From Raillietiella orientalis (taxonomy: Eukaryota): DNA of 64,000 bases. The translations under genes were made by a program, and so were the position numbers. This document shows positions 40,496 through 51,567 of the stretch, in pieces (positions within the stretch are counted from its first letter, which is position 1; each line of letters opens with the position of its first letter). Under the pieces are notes generated by a model that made no database searches, had not been told where the DNA came from, and saw nothing but the letters and a program-made list of their open reading frames with translations. The DNA lies in contig JAYWIR010000067.1 in the NCBI GenBank assembly GCA_036172245.1, positions 186,001-250,000 of the forward strand, read 5' to 3'.

Positions 40496-43400
40496 ATGGG
40501 GTTTGAAGTCGAAAGATTTCAGACAGAAGTAGATGAAGAATTATTATGCCCAGTTTGTTCAGGTGTTCTTGAAGAACCTGTACAGGTGATTGTGATGGTT
40601 TCTTGTACAAATGTGATGCATAGTGTTTGTGCATCGTAATTTTAATGTGATATAAGTTTTTTCTTGTATTTTTGGCACAGTTTATAGTAAGTTTATATTA
40701 TAGAATGCTCGGTACATACTTATGTTTTCTTATATATTTTTAAAATATCTGATAATTTTTCATGTTTTCATGTCATTTCAGTTAACCACTTGTGAACATG
40801 CATTTTGTAATAGCTGCATTAATCAGTGGTTAAGTTGCCATTCAGCATGTCCCATTGATAGACAACCTGTTTCCTTAACAGAAGTCAAGCCTGTTCCAAG
40901 AATTTTAAGAAACCTATTATCAAAGTAATGATGAAGTTTTTCTAAATTTTGAATGCTCAAGCCAATGCTTTCATGAGTACTTTATGAAGTTAATTTAGAC
41001 ATTAAGTAACTGATAGGCATAGGATTTGTATTTTCATTTAATGTTCAGAGAGTGAATAAAGCATGACAGAGGAAAATAATTTAGAAGAAAATAAAAGCAA
41101 GAGAAATAACCTTGTATAAAGATATTTTAAAATTTATTGTTAATTGCTGGTAATTAATTTTCTTTTAAAATTTTCGTTATGGGCATGAAAAAATTATTGA
41201 AACAAAGCATCTGTATATGATGTTCTTTATACTGTATTTATGATATCACATTAACTTGTTTTGTTAGTGTTTATTAGGAATAAGAGTCGTTCTCATTTAA
41301 AATAAAACTTAATTGCAATTACATTAAGCTTAAATACAATTAGTCATTCAGGAAGCAGTACTATATAATGTCATTTCTAGACTCCACTGTGTAAGTGAGA
41401 TCAATGTTATTATATTCAATTGCATTATTGTACAGCTTTCAGTTAATGAGCTGCAACTGGAGAGAAATGTGTTTTACACTGAAAATACTGATGTATTTTC
41501 ATCTCATACATTCTGATGCAGCACTGTTACATCGGAATGTGTGCTAATTGCATACTTTGTTGTTGTTTTGTTGAAATAGTACCTAACTAAATGTTGAAAA
41601 TTTCGAAAAACATTCACAGATCATGAAAGAACAAGTAAATAATACATCAAAAGGGGTATGAGTGCTTTTGTGAATTAATATGAATTAAACTGATTCACAA
41701 AACATTCACGAGATTTTTTACCAAAAAGTCATGAATTTAGGTACTCTGGCTCTAGACTGAAACATTTAGTTTGTATTTCAAATAATTTTTCATTTTTATT
41801 TTTGAATTTTTGGTATTGAATTCCAAGCAATAAATTTTCTAAGCTTTTTTCTTGCAAGTTAAACATGCACTTATAAATGAAGTGCATGGAAAGGAAATAA
41901 GCATATGGATGCTATGTCCTTGGTACCGAGTTTTTGGGTTAGTATCCTGTATTGGAGGAAAAGAATGAGATCCATGCATATGGTATCACCAGATTGTACT
42001 TGTTCACTTAGATCTGGTATTTTATTTGTTCCGAATTTCAGTTTATTGTGGAGAGAAGAGTTGTTATTTCTCATTGGATTAGGCTAACGTGGTTTCATTG
42101 CTTACCTTATGCTGGTTTTCATTGATGCTGTGTTTGCATGATTATTTTCTGGTTACTTGTAATTTATTAACAGTTGTACAGGTGCATTTGGATTGCAAAT
42201 GTTTTCTTGTGCCTCTTATCGCCATCACTGACTGTGGAACAAGTGGATTTCTCAAATTTTCTGAGACCAGTTTTGATCTTGTATTGATAACAGTATTGTG
42301 TAATTTCGGTTCACTCTTTCACATCAGAAGAAATGTTGGTTTGCATATGTATTGGATAATTGGGTTGCATATGTTTTGGCTGTACTTGACTCCTTGTATT
42401 TGAAATAAGGTGATGATTGCATTTGGGGAAAAAATAAGTTTTTTTGCGATGATGTAGAGCCTAGGCATACAGAATTTTTGCATAATTATCAGTTGTTAGA
42501 CTGCAGCAAAGGGAAAAAATTTTCATTAGAAAACATCTTTAGAAAACTTTCATATATCCCAAGTACATATTTGGTTTTCCCAAAATGGTTGTTTAATGTT
42601 GTTTTAGGGTTTAATATTTAGCAGTTTTCTTGAATACAAATCTGTAGCTTGCTTTACAAATCACAAATCTGTAGTTTTTTCAGTTGCCATATGGTACAAC
42701 CTTGCACTTAGTCTTGCTATTTGTAACATATAATAAAGGCATTAGCAAAATAACTGAATGTGCAAGAACTTGGTTATATGTACATTGCATGTATACTCTT
42801 GTAGTTTAGAAGCATCTGTGGTGTGGTATGGTGAAGTGTCATTGCCACCTCTTTTTTTTTTTATATCCAAAACAGGTCTTTTGTGTCAGTATGCCATAAA
42901 CAAAATTTTTTATGCTGTAAAATTCTCAGTTTGGTGAAAACTTTATTTTGCAGACTTTATATCACCTGCAATAATGCCTCCTATGGGTGCAAGATGTATG
43001 TCAAGCTGGATATGTTGTCTCTTCATTTGGAAGAGTGTGAGCACAATCCACGACGGCCAATTTCCTGTGAGCAAGGTTGTGGCTTGATTATTCCCAAAGA
43101 TGCAGTCAAAGTAAGCATCCATTGGTTACCAGTGCTATTGTCTATGCTAAAAAAATATATGTATGCAGTAGATCTTTGTATAAGTCACAGGATACATTTC
43201 ACAGTACGAGTTCTATGGGTTATTCATGGATAATGTCATAGTATTTATAAATGATAAAAAAAGAATCTTAAATATTATAACAGCCGATTATGTATTTCAT
43301 TCTGAAACAAAAAGAAAAAAATTGAAATTGTTTGTTTAGGGGGGTTTATTACTTACGTTAAAAAAAAATAGAGTTTTCTTGATACTTAATAAATTTAAAC

Positions 43401-44780
43401 AGTTTATAGTTTCAACTATATCGTTCTCTGTTGGAAAATGTATCATCTGTTTTATTCAGGAAAATTGCAATAATGTGGAGTTCAGCTTGCTTAAGCCAAA
43501 ATTAAAATTTATCCACAGTATCATGGGGGCTGATTCTTCGCGTTGCACGAAAGCTGCCGCAATTTTTTTAATTGTATCATACAAATTCGCGTTATACAGG
43601 ATCTCTTGTATGTGTGTGTGTATGTATATATATACATATGTACATACATAATATGCTGGCATGCTTATAGGGTGGTGTTAAATAGAATGACTCCCATTTT
43701 CAGAAACCACGAGGAACAAGCACATTGAGTTGGTTTTGCTTATGCAGACGGGAATGGGGAAAAAAAGCAACTGTAAATTTACAGCTTAATTTAAAAATAA
43801 AATAAAATAACGTGAAAGAGGGTCATTTTAATTGTGTCAACATATTGTCTGTGCATATGCCTGCCCTCATCACATTTTCAGTTTAGATTGTCTTGATTTA
43901 TAAGTTTGCTGGTTTGCTTTGTTATGTGGAGTTTCTGCCACCCACTATTTGAATCAGTTCAGCTTAATGTGCATATGCAGAGGAAATGTTCAAGGTCTCA
44001 AATGCATGCACTTGTAACCATATTTCAGTGGGATTTAGATTTTGTTTTTTGTTTTTAATTTCGATCACAGAAAGTTTTGAGTTTTTTTCTGTTATATTTG
44101 TATTCATTTTCTCATGCACACTGTTCTGTAGGAACACAACTGTATCAAAGAATTTCGGACTGTGATGCAGAATTTGCATCAGAAACTGCAGGACTTCCAA
44201 AACGAAGTGGCAGAGTTGAAATTTCAGATGAATGAACAGCTGAGGGATTTGCAGATGCTCAAGGTTAGGTGAACTGTGTGCTGGACCAAATTGTGTTTGG
44301 GGACAGGAGTTCATGAGAGCGATGCAACCTTCGAATCCTGCCATCCGAGTACTTACTGATCAGATGGAACAAGACGAAATCTCTCGATGGACGAATTCCT
44401 TGCAGAAAGCCAAAGTTACCCGCTGGGGTGCTATGATTTCAACTCCTGATACTGCTCTCCAGGTAGATATGCCCAAATTCTTGTACAGTAATCACGAGGA
44501 TGTTTGGCAGTCGGGTATCAAGCGTTCCCTTCTGGAAACAGGCTGCCCTAATCACATAATAAACGACATCATGGAAAATATTCACGAAAGAAGATGGCCT
44601 GCAGGACTCAATAGCTTGGAGACTCGTCAGCTAAATCGTCGGCTATATGAGAACTACATCTGCCGTAGGGTACCTGGAAAGCAAGCTGTTGTTGTCATGT
44701 TATGTGACAACCAGCAAATGGACGGGTGTATGGTGCTTGATCCAGGACTGGTCATGATTTTCGCACATGGCATTGAGTGA
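40496..44780 (+). CDS. RNF41: E3 ubiquitin-protein ligase NRDP1 (RING finger protein 41)
   Basis: Exons 40496-40585, 40782-40924, 42954-43110, 44132-44263, 44307-44462 and 44511-44780. RING domain (ELLCPVCSGVLEEPVQ..CEHAFC..C..W...CPIDR), TRAF/SIAH-type zinc finger, coiled coil, and USP8-interacting domain VTRWGAMISTPD...HERRWP.GL.SLETRQ.NRR.YENY..RRVPGKQAVVV...PGLVMIFAHGIE*. Confidence 0.97.
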
Positions 44781-45109
44781 AATAGTTCTCCAAATTCCAG
44801 GACTTTGAACTGTGATGATCCCCTGTTCGGGCTTGCATTTTCTTGTGGATCCCATGGTGGGTGTGATCCCGGGGATCAGCTTTGCAACAGCAGCTTATCC
44901 CGTATAGAGGGTGAAGGAGAGCTGCCTGACATGCTTCACTGAGGTGCCATTTTGATTTTCTGGCAGTCAGGTGTTTACTTGCTGTGGTAGTCAAGCTGTA
45001 TTAAGATTGGTTGGTATAAGCATGCAATGCTGTCTGCATAACTATCCCTGATGCTGTAAAGTTCCTTCTTGATAAAATAAAGTTGGTAACTAGATGCATA
45101 AACAGTTCT

Positions 45110-46450
45110 CTCTTGAAGACGAAAACTATAGCTTCGCACGAAGAGTAGATTGCCCTGGGTTTGCATGTCGGTATAGCCGCCACTTCGGTCTCCAAACGAA
45201 TGTCAAACACGCGAGGCCGTGGAGCTACATCGATCATGTGATGGAGTTTTGCACCTCATGGTGGCGAGCGTGTTTTTGATCCGTTTGTGCAAATAGGCAG
45301 GTGGCTCCATGATGGGAAACGGGAAATATCCCCCCAGCAAGAACGTAGTAGTGAGAAGCGGAAGGCACCAATCAAAATCGACCGGAACTCGCACGCACAA
45401 GAACCCTTCCCCATTGTACAAGCAGATTGGCATGCAGACTGAGGTGAGGCAGCTCGTTAGTGAGGGTTGCGTGCCCCTACGATGTTGGCGTGAGGTTTTC
45501 GTCTGGACCATGTAGGTCAGGCAAGCACCTCCGGGACAGGCCTCGCAGTCATATGTTTCCCGTACAAGTCGAAGGAGCAGATCGAACGCTTGCAGACTCT
45601 TCGCACGTTGACATGGGGGAATACGAGCGAAATCACAACGGGGCGCATCGTGCATCCAGCGTTTGAGGGGGTCGAATCCACGTTCTTCACCGGAAGTGGT
45701 CCTCCGTTTTCCACCCTGCACTTTCATGAAGGCAGCTTGCGGTTTCCTCCCCCATGTTTGCCTCCGCAGGACGTTGGCCGTTCTTCCGAGAGCTCAGCTG
45801 CCGGATAGTTGCAGCCTCGTTCTGCAGGATGTTCAACATCGTCTACCGAATGTATGTGTGTGTGCTTTTATGTCAGCTGAGTTCTTGCTGCTGTTCGCCA
45901 TCGTTAACAGCCATCCGCTAAGCGTTATGAACTCACGTTGCCGTGGGTGTCGTCTCCGTTATTTGATTCTACCTATATGTTCTTAAGACTTACCGGCAAT
46001 TTCGGAGGTCGGATTCCCTGAAGATAATGATTTTGGGGGAGGCTGCCTACGGTGTTGTTTTCGCCAGGGTAAAAGGAAAACCTTTCCCAGAAGGTCGTCG
46101 TCATCACGAGCGACTTCCCAACCGCGGTCCGAGCACAAGAGCGCTCCTTCAGCACGGAATCCATCGCTTGCTTCGCCACTTGGGTTTCACCTCAGACGTT
46201 CCAAGCCGGCGTTGCGGCAGTCAGGGTGCAAGGGAGGCACTTTCCACCTGAAGGTGTCTGGTAGTGCTTGAACACGTATGCGTCACGGACTTTCCCCGCA
46301 TGCAGCTCACGGCATATGCGAGTAGGAGGAGGAGGAACACGGGCGACTCCAAGGCATTTGCCGCGGCTCCAAGAGCAGTCGGGCAGACCTTCGTGTTTCT
46401 CAGCAGCCCGTTGCATTCATCATCAGCGGTGGGTGCCAAGCAGGTCTTTT
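45110..46450 (-). mobile_element. Possible decayed N-terminal part of a NeSL/Utopia-type element (zinc-finger-like and Ulp1-protease-like remnants)
   Basis: Frameshifted fragments only: ICRELHAG...YVFKHY (C2H2-like), VPVDFDWCLPLL...GYF.F and QTQGN..LFV (weakly Ulp1-like). It lies next to a clear NeSL-type fragment. Confidence 0.25.
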
Positions 46451-46719
46451 GGAGCCCATCGAAAACTTGGGTTTCCTCTATTTTTCCTGAGGAGGCTCTC
46501 AAGGTTTTGTCGGCAGTTTAGGAAAAGAAAAAAAAAGGGCACGGAAACTGCGTTAGCAATTGAAGCGTTTCCGCGCTTAGCTTATTGGGTCGGCCGGCTT
46601 TCCTCAGGCGCTAAGAAGTGCTCGAACTTTCAGCTCCCGAAGTGCAGCTCGAAACAGCAAAGCGCAGTTTGTCATCGCGTTGGTTTCGGGATCGCTCCTC
46701 TAAGGCGTAGTGGACGAAT

Positions 46720-47040
46720 ACGTGAGGGATTTGAGTTGCTCAAGGTTAGGCGAATTGCTTACTATCATTAGCAGTGATTAATAGAGACCAGCTCGCAAGA
46801 ACTACCAGCTCGCGAGGGCAATGCAACCTTCCACTCCGCCATCAGAGTGCTTACTGATCGTCTGCAACGAGACGAACTCTCACGGCGGAACGACTCCTTC
46901 AGGAAAAGCGCCAGACTCGCCGGGGTGCTATGATTTCAACTCCTGGGGCCGCTCTCCAGGGAAACGCGCCCAAATTCCTGTACAGTAATCACGAGGATGT
47001 TTGGCAGTCGGGAATCGGACGTTCCCTCCTAGAAACAGGC
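46720..47040 (+). pseudogene. Unprocessed partial duplicate of RNF41 (end of exon 4 to start of exon 6, with introns)
   Basis: Aligns by eye with 44240-44543, e.g. GGGGTGCTATGATTTCAACTCCTG and CAAATTCYTGTACAGTAATCACGAGGATGTTTGGCAGTCGGG. It has indels, and the last donor is changed from GT to GG. Confidence 0.9.
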
Positions 47041-47299
47041 AGGTGCTCTTTCAAAGGCCTGCCAGTTGCTGCATGAGCGTCGGAAGTGCAGATGATTGAC
47101 CGGAGTGGTTCTTGGAGTTCCCGACCTTGAAGCTTGCTAAACATGAAGGGTCGGACCATGGCTGGCGATTCGCACATGTTGCACAGTGGTGGGTTCCAGA
47201 GCGAATCTGAGGGCCATACGAGAGTTCGCCTTTGGAAGGGTCATTAGGTAACTCTAGGAAGTTCAGAGGAATACCTGCGTCTAGAAGAAACTTCTCTTT

Positions 47300-48930
47300 T
47301 TGTAGAGGTCCTTTTCTTCAAGAACTTGATGACGCTGTCTTATGCAGCTGTTTCATGGCTTCGTCGCTTGATGACGCCATCCGGAGGATGGCCCAATCGG
47401 TGTGTCCAGTAGGTATCCCTATTGTGCTGTACGCATGAGGCCGCCATCAGGTGCCTCATTTCTCCGCACACAGCTTCGGGATACCTAACTCACGGATCAC
47501 TCCATCGTTCCGTAGGTCCCAGGTTCCTAATGCGCCTACAATATGGCCATGACTTCAGCCTGAAGTCCCTTCTTTCTCAGCAGCAAGGCGATCTCCTGGT
47601 ATTCACCTTCTTTCTCCGTTCTTGTGATGCAGTACCTCCTTAGTGTTGTTGAACGGACAGGAGACTTCAAGGATCATCATCTTGTTTGCCTTCTGCAGCA
47701 CCACATGGGGCCTTGGACTGGAGGTGCACCCAGATACTGCCTTGTTCCCCACCGACACCAGCCTCCATCCAGCGGTATCTTTAGCCAATGTCAACAATCC
47801 TGTTAGGATGTCATCGTGTCTCGCTGTGTATAGGGGAGAATACCTCATGCAAACGTGACCCAAAATGTGAGGCAGAGCCTCATCCCAAGCTACTCAGCGG
47901 CACCCCCGATCGGCAACAGGTTCAATCTTGCCGCATGGATAAAGAGATCGTCGACAAAGCGAAGGTGCTCTCAGCCGTCAACAAGTAACTGGAGGAACGT
48001 TGGAGTTCTCCACATCGCATGGCTTTCCCTTGATCTGGGTGTTGGTTAATGAGCTCCAGCCACGCCCGCTCTCTTTGGGCGTTCCGCACCGTCGCTGTGA
48101 ACCTCCTCCTCGTCGCGACATCAAAGGCTAGGTCTCCTACTTGGGTCCTGGTTCCACCACCTTCAAAGTTCCAAGTTGACATGCGGTGGGAGGCTTGCCT
48201 TCCTGTGTTCCAAATGCTTTTGATGTCTTCCCGCTGATCCGGGAAAATCTTCCTGAAGTGTTGCCAGATAGGAATCTTCCAAGATCCTCCTCCGAAGTGG
48301 TTGCAGTAACCTTTCAAGTACCACCTCTCGGAGTGGCTGCTTGGCTAGATCCCTGACGGTGACATCGGGGGACGTTAGGAGCTTGAAGCAGTTGTCGATG
48401 ATGATGGTGTCAGCTTCATCAGACGGCCGCATCAGCCCCACGTATCCCTCTCTTCGATCCCCGTGGAGGTACTAGCTCTTGCAGGCAGGGAGCGCCGCAC
48501 GGTCTTCACCATTCTTCTGACCCCCCTGTTGGCGTATTTCCAGTGACTTTTGGGATGCGTTCCCAGCCTCCGGAGATGTACGAGGCTGGGAAAGGTTTTA
48601 ATCGCATCCAACTTCTGCCAGGGAGACAGTCCAGCCATTAGGCTTTTTGACCATCTCTTCGTTGGATGGTTTTGGGTCAATCCGGGATCGAAGATTCTCA
48701 AGCAGGAGTCCGAACTTCCTCGAACGACTTCATAGTGTTTCAAGATAGCGGAGGCACTCAACAGGGATAACACCTGGGCAACCTTACCATCATGAGACAT
48801 GAGTTTGGTGGGTGCCAGGCGCGCAAACGAGGTGTCCTTCATCATGCGGGTGGTGAAGGATGCATGGGGGCTGTTGACGAAGAGCCGTTGAGACCAACCG
48901 GTTCTCACACCAGCTTGCCGCTGGAGCACT
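47300..48930 (-). mobile_element. 5'-truncated, decayed NeSL/Utopia-like non-LTR retrotransposon (RT C-terminal region plus restriction-like endonuclease)
   Basis: Motifs across frameshifts: GLSPWQKLDAIKTF, LPARAS, IDNCFKLLTSPD.TVRDLA, PDQGKAM, IHAARLNLLP, ARHDDI, RPHVVLQK...ILEVSCPFNN and IFVGALGTWDLRND...RDTYWTH. These are typical of REL-endonuclease elements of the NeSL clade. Confidence 0.85.
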
Positions 48931-49016
48931 CGAGCGAATCCACGGGGGGCCGTGTGCTGTGAGCGAGGATTTCGGTTCTCCCGAGGCTTGTTCGGCTGCC
49001 TTGCGGACGTCCACCA

Positions 49017-49252
49017 CCCCACGCCTTTGTTTCCCGCGCATTCCCGCCTCCCGCGCAGCCGGATTTCCGCTTCCTCCGTGCGCCATCGTTGCGTCACCCC
49101 ACCCTCGCACCCGCCCTCGCTCTTCGGTGTCGCTTCCTCCAGACGGCGGCCTCGCGCCTTCACCCCGCTCCCTCCTCCTCCCTTCCTTGCCCCATCTCCC
49201 TCAGTCGGCGCTGCTGGGGCTGCGTCGGGGGCCGCTCCCGCGCAACGCGCCC
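49017..49252 (+). repeat. ~235-bp C/T-rich repeat, uninterrupted copy; second copy is split at 51336-51567 and 53515-53561
   Basis: Long near-identical match, e.g. GGATTTCCGCTTCCTCC..GCGTCACCCCACCCTCGCACC..AGACGGCGGCCTCGCGCCTTCACCCC..CCCTCAGTCGGCGCT, continuing CTGCTGG.GCTGC..CTCCC.CGCAA.GCGC on the far side of L1 copy B. Confidence 0.9.
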
Positions 49253-51567
49253 CTCTTTCGCGCCCCGCCCTCTCCTCGCCTCCCGGGACGGACGGAACCG
49301 ACCGGCTGCGTTCCGTTGCATGGAGCCCGCGCGAGCGTGGACGTCGGTGTTTTCGTGCGCCTCCACTGCGTATCGATTTCGTCTCGCGTGAACGAGAAAA
49401 GCAAAGCAAAAAAAAAAAAGTTTCAGCGGATCTTCAGCGGAGATTCATGAAGAGATCCGTTCTGATGAAATTCACAGGATGTAAGCCAAAATCGTAAATA
49501 ACCACTTTGACGTTCCTGCGCGGGTCCCTGCCGAGGAAGCCGAAATGGAACCTTTCATTCCTTCATCGCTTCCCCCCTCCCCCTTTTTTCTTTTTCTTTT
49601 CTCTCTCCCTTTTTTTTTTTCTTTCTCTCTTTTCACTTCCGGGTTGGCGAAGATGAAGAAGTGCTGTTTGATGAAACTGGATCCAGGATTTACACAGCTC
49701 GCGGGCTTTTAGCGAAGCGGCGATCCCCGTCGGCGATTTGCCGCCGCAGACAAGAAAAATGGGAACCTCCCTTTGATGGGGGAGGAAAATCTGGCGGCGG
49801 CCTGCCTGTGCGCGCGCGCCAGCGAGGGGAGCGCGGTGATGGTGCTGCCTTCCTCGCTCCGCTCTTCACGTCCCCACTTGACCGTCTCCCCCCCCCCCCA
49901 CTCCTGTCTTTGCTCTCTCGCTACAGCGTCCTCTGCCCGCACTCACCCAGCCACCCTACTTCACCCTCAGTCGCCCAGCGTCTTACTCCGCTGTGCGCCG
50001 CCACCTCGTCCACTTACTCCTTCAGCTCCCACCTAACCCCATACTTCATACTGACTCGCCACGCCTGCTTGACCCCTAACATCCACCTGACCTCATTAGA
50101 CCCACTCACTCCCACGCTTCCCACTCTCATTTTCTATTCACCTTGCTCCAACCCCCTTCCCCAATCCCCCTTACCTACAGCGGAATCCCTGTTCAAATCC
50201 ATTCGCACCTCTGGCCTACTTCACCTCACGGATCACTCTACTGCGCGTCGTCTCGCCCCACTGCTGTCCCATCCGCCCGCTTCGCTTCGTCTCCACTCAT
50301 CCCTCTCTCCACTTTGCCCGCGCCCCAGTTTCCCAATCCCCGCTCCTTCGGGCGGGCATGTATCCCCGAACAGCGGTGGCACGCCCCTTTGGTCTTCGAG
50401 AGAAAGAAGGGGAGGGTCCAGGTCAACACTACCTTTACCCCGCCCCTCGCTCTTCCTCCGCCTTGTTCGACGGGGTCGTCGCCCGTTGCTCGAGGGACCT
50501 TTAGCTCTCAGCGCGGAAGCTCCCGGCTCGTAGCAACCCTCTCTCCCGCATGTGATCTAATTTCAGGAAGCGAGCAGGTCCCTGTCCGCCTCCGGGCCCC
50601 GAGTCCTTCCTCGGAAACCTCCTCCCAAAACGAAGACGCGTCTTCGGGGTGTCTCCCGCTGCAGCTCCCCTTCAGACCCTCAGGCGGCCGGCTGGATGCG
50701 CTGATCCCCCCTTGGCGGCCATGCGAAGGGAACCCTACCTCCCCGTCGCACGCGAGTTCCTGGGGGGTCAGGACTAAAAGGTCGCGGGATCGGCGCTCCG
50801 CTGCCCTCCTTCCCGCAGGCGCACCTTCGAGTTCTGAGGTCTGTGCATGGAGGATCCGCCCCTATGTCGCGTGTTTTCCTCCCCTTTGCTCTCCTGGCAG
50901 CGCTGGAAACCGAGGCAGCGGGAGCGTGCAACCACAGTCGCCAGGGCGACGCAACCTGCTTGTTGCTCTGCGCCCCGGGACCTTCCCTCCGGACCAACAC
51001 CAGCATTTCTCCCCCTGGCACTCCGTGCTCTCCTGAAGAGATGGAACTGGGGGTTGAAATGGGAGTCCCTTCGTTTGTAAGGCCCAGGGAGATCCTGAAC
51101 AAGGAGAGGCACCCACAGTCCTTTTCTTCCCCTCCTTCTCCCAGACTTTCCCCTCTTCCTTCCTGACGTGGCCGCCTTTTCCGCATTTTCTGTTCGGACC
51201 CGTCCGCGCTCCAACTTCTTCGTTTCCCTTTCAGGAGAACGGTGTTTTCTGGAAAGCCACCCTACTTCCTGAAAGCTAGCGGCCACCCAAATGCTTCCGC
51301 CCTTCTTGCCTGCGCCCCTCAGCATTTGTTAGCCCCCCCACGCCTTTGCTCCTCGCGTCTTTGTTTCCTGTGCCCTCCCGTGCACGCCTCGCTCCTTCCC
51401 GCCTCCCGCGCAGCTGGATTTCCGCTTCCTCCATGCGCCATTGTTGCGTCACCCCACCCTCGCACCTGCCCTCGCTCTTCGGTTTCGCTTCCTTCAGACG
51501 GCGGCCTCGCGCCTTCACCCCACTCCCTCCTTCTTTCCTTCCCCCACCTCCCTCAGTCGGCGCTACT

